DNA of 63,443 nt, filler included, from Deltaproteobacteria bacterium (GTDB lineage Bacteria > JAEEML01), in NCBI GenBank assembly GCA_016283195.1. It is 4 parts of 4 records of this genome, joined end to end, with 100 filler letters (N's around TTAATTAATTAA, not from the genome) between each part and the next. Parts side by side here need not be neighbours in the genome. Positions count along the whole stretch, not along the records: positions 55,332 to 63,443 come from JAEEML010000024.1; 3 more parts are not named here. One strand, given 5' to 3'. The translations under genes were made by a program, and so were the position numbers. The notes under the pieces are model-generated. The model worked only from the letters and a program-made list of their open reading frames with translations, had not been told where the DNA came from and searched no databases. How positions within the stretch are numbered: position 1 is the first letter of the stretch; each line of letters begins with the position of its first letter. Positions 61,033 through 63,443 of this stretch are shown here, piece after piece.

Positions 61033-61061
61033 TTGATTCGGCGGCCCGGCGCTGTTAGAAT
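61033..61061 (+). promoter_or_regulatory. Putative sigma70 promoter
   Basis: TTGATT-N17-TAGAAT with TGn extension. Confidence 0.5.
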
Positions 61062-61089
61062 AGCCCCGGCCTTTTTATGGAGATAGATA

Positions 61090-62322
61090 ATGTCTACCGG
61101 ACCTCAAGATGAATTACCGATAAAAGCCACTGCGGCTCTCAAATCTGTCACTGATCCGGCATTGCGCGAGAATCTGACCGATGTTCTCAAAGAATGCCGC
61201 TATATTATTAGTTTTATAAATAATTTGAACTTGCCACAGGATGATGTAAGCGAAGGCGGGCAAACCGATATTTCCTCAGAAAAACGCATTGCCGAGCAGT
61301 TTTTGGAACTGGTTAAACTCTTGCAAAAACTCATCGCCGATTTGGGGCAAAAATTTCCGCATGAGGAAAGCAACGAGCCGGTTTTTGATGAAGATGCCTG
61401 GGATTTGGAATTCGACCTCGTTGATACCGCCAGGCCAGAAGAGGCTCCGGCCGAAGAACCGGCGCCAACTGTGGAATCGGCCGAAAAACAAATCAGCGAT
61501 ACTTCTTGGGCCCTCGGTTCCATGCTGGATTCTAAGTTAAAAGAGTTTGCCGACCGGCTGGAATTTGCTCTAAATGCCAATGATACCTGGGTACTTTTGG
61601 AAGAGCTTGATGATTATTCGCACAAATTTTTAAAAGCCACTTTGGCCCTCTATTTTTCGCTACTCGGTATATTTTCCGGCGAAAGCCGCAGTGCGCTCCT
61701 GCCGGAATATACTTCGGCTATCGAGGTTTCTATTGATTTACGCCGCGAAGTCACTGAGCTCACAGCCCATGTCGACCGCTTTAACGGTGCCATCGCCAAG
61801 CGCTCCGGTGCCGATTGTATTCCTTATGTTGTAGCCCTTTCCGAGCGCCTGGCCCGCTTTTCGCAAAGGTCGGCTTACCGCAACTTAAGAACGCAGGATA
61901 AGCGCGAATTTATTAACTTTCGCCGCGCTCTTTACACTATCCGCCATGCCGGCGGCGGCAGTATAAATACAAACAAATTGCGCCTCACCGTGGAAGGGTT
62001 TTCAAAATTTTTGGAATCATTGCACGCTATTAACAATCGTGAAGTGCTGGTATTGCATGACAAACAAATTTTGCAAGAAATACAAACTGTTATGCTGCCA
62101 AATCTCTTAAAATTGTTTCAAGAGGACGAAATTGCCGCCGCTCCGGGTTTTGTGGCCATCATGGATAAACTATCCACTATATACGGCCGCGATCCGGAAC
62201 TTGATGCCCTGGTTGATAATTTTAAAAGCGAGCCGCAAAAAGTCCACACTGGCGCGGCCGGTTTTTCACTTTTACAGGAGATCCACCGCTTATCACGCGG
62301 CATTTTGGCTACTCTAGGCTGA
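61090..62322 (+). CDS. Hypothetical all-helical protein
   Basis: 410-aa ORF with GGAG RBS and its own putative promoter; acidic insert FDEDAWDLEFD. Confidence 0.65.
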   Translation: MSTGPQDELPIKATAALKSVTDPALRENLTDVLKECRYIISFINNLNLPQDDVSEGGQTDISSEKRIAEQFLELVKLLQKLIADLGQKFPHEESNEPVFDEDAWDLEFDLVDTARPEEAPAEEPAPTVESAEKQISDTSWALGSMLDSKLKEFADRLEFALNANDTWVLLEELDDYSHKFLKATLALYFSLLGIFSGESRSALLPEYTSAIEVSIDLRREVTELTAHVDRFNGAIAKRSGADCIPYVVALSERLARFSQRSAYRNLRTQDKREFINFRRALYTIRHAGGGSINTNKLRLTVEGFSKFLESLHAINNREVLVLHDKQILQEIQTVMLPNLLKLFQEDEIAAAPGFVAIMDKLSTIYGRDPELDALVDNFKSEPQKVHTGAAGFSLLQEIHRLSRGILATLG

Positions 62323-63159
62323 AGCAAAATTTCGCAAAGTATTTATTTCTTCGGCCCAAAGTTCGGGGTTCGGCGTTTCCAAAATAAAGACACACTCTTT
62401 AAAGCGCGCATCGCTGATAAGGCGCCCAAACGCTTCGATTCCAATATAGCCGGCGCCTAGGCTTTCGTGGCGGTCTTTATGACTGCCGAGCGGATTTTTG
62501 GAATCATTAAGATGAAAAGCTTTTAAATATTTTAAGCCGATATCGCGCTCGAAAATATCGAATGTCTCGGCATAGCCGGCAGCGCTTACCAAATCATAAC
62601 CGGCAGCGAAAGCATGACAGGTATCGAGGCAAACAGCCACCCGCTCTTTGTCCCGCACCTCGGAAATAATAGTGCCTATTTGCTTAAAAGTGTACCCAAG
62701 ATTGCTCCCCTGCCCGGCTGTGCATTCTATAACCAGGCATACTTCCGGAACCTTTTGGTGTAGCTCATTAAGGGCAGCAGCAACGTTTTTGAGGCCCTCT
62801 TCTTCACTTATTTGCCCAAGATGCGAGCCGGGGTGAAAATTCACCATTTTGAGCCCCAGCTGATGGGCCCGCATAGCCTCATCAATGAGAGCTGCGGTCG
62901 ATTTTAAGCGCATGGCCTCATCCGGGCTGGCGACATTTATCAAATAGCTATCATGCGGAAGCACATGGCAGGGGTTAATATTACTCATTGTCAAATGCTC
63001 TTTAAAATCAGCTATTTCTTTTGCTAGCAACGGCCGTGCTCGCCACTGGCGCTGGTTTTTCAGAAAGAGGGCAAAAGCATTGGCACCGATAGCGTGGGCA
63101 TTATCAGGAGCTTTAAAAAGGCCACCTGTGGTAGAAACATGGGCACCGATGTAGGGCAT
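62314..63159 (-). CDS. nfo: Endonuclease IV
   Basis: GAHVS, PHDSYLIN, HPGSH, E.TAGQG, DTCHAF, HLNDSK, DRHE, ETP. Confidence 0.96.
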   Translation of the reverse strand: MPYIGAHVSTTGGLFKAPDNAHAIGANAFALFLKNQRQWRARPLLAKEIADFKEHLTMSNINPCHVLPHDSYLINVASPDEAMRLKSTAALIDEAMRAHQLGLKMVNFHPGSHLGQISEEEGLKNVAAALNELHQKVPEVCLVIECTAGQGSNLGYTFKQIGTIISEVRDKERVAVCLDTCHAFAAGYDLVSAAGYAETFDIFERDIGLKYLKAFHLNDSKNPLGSHKDRHESLGAGYIGIEAFGRLISDARFKECVFILETPNPELWAEEINTLRNFASA

Positions 63160-63166
63160 ATTACCT

Positions 63167-63443
63167 CTAGGCTACTTTGCTGGCAGGCTCCATTACCTGC
63201 TTGCGCGGTTCTACAAAGTGATGCTCAGCATTGTCAAGGGTATTTTCATAAGCATCGGCCATGATCCTGGTCACCATAATCGGCGAAGTGGCCAGTGCCT
63301 GGTAGTAACGTTGCCGCTCATGCGAGTGGATAACCAGCGGCAAAAGCCCATTGTGCATTAAAAGCATATTAACAAAGAGGCGGCCAACAATCCCGCTCCA
63401 GGCAGAAAACGGATAAGCCACCATAAATAAGTAGTGCACTTTA
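63167..63443 (-). CDS. Fic-like protein C-terminal fragment with degenerate motif
   Basis: H..F...YPFSAWSGIVGRLFVN..L, R.RYYQAL; 5' part lies outside the window. Confidence 0.6.
   Translation of the reverse strand, partial: KVHYLFMVAYPFSAWSGIVGRLFVNMLLMHNGLLPLVIHSHERQRYYQALATSPIMVTRIMADAYENTLDNAEHHFVEPRKQVMEPASKVA

Overview
This is a bacterial draft or metagenome scaffold of about 45-52% GC by eye. It is four unrelated-order contig pieces (1-18636, 18737-39527, 39628-55231, 55332-63443) joined by artificial 100-nt N44-TTAATTAATTAA-N44 linkers. The gene content suggests an anaerobic, probably gut-type Myxococcota/Deltaproteobacteria-like organism (inference): a Ser/Thr kinase, an FHA-TPR protein, a Cys-rich OmpA protein, long MCPs, rubrerythrin and a Bacteroidales/spirochaete-type V-ATPase operon. 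Most genes are housekeeping: panE, uvrD/pcrA, tolQRA-like, thiL, pgm/PMM, V-ATPase, lgt, dnaJ, glyA, pgeF and nfo. I found no rRNA, tRNA or CRISPR array. The most interesting signals are (1) four dispersed lipoproteins with a Fibrobacter major paralogous (FISUMP) domain on variable EGF-like stalks, (2) an Rpn/PD-(D/E)XK gene with a strong internal RBS-ATG suggesting an intragenic antitoxin, (3) a degenerate NACHT/STAND-TPR protein inside a YdbH/YdbL-like plus M42 peptidase operon, (4) a PIG-B/Alg9-like (GT22) glycosyltransferase beside a Cys-rich OmpA lipoprotein, (5) strong over-representation of the palindrome GCCGGC, and (6) a duplicated 37-bp promoter-like segment flanking a methyltransferase.
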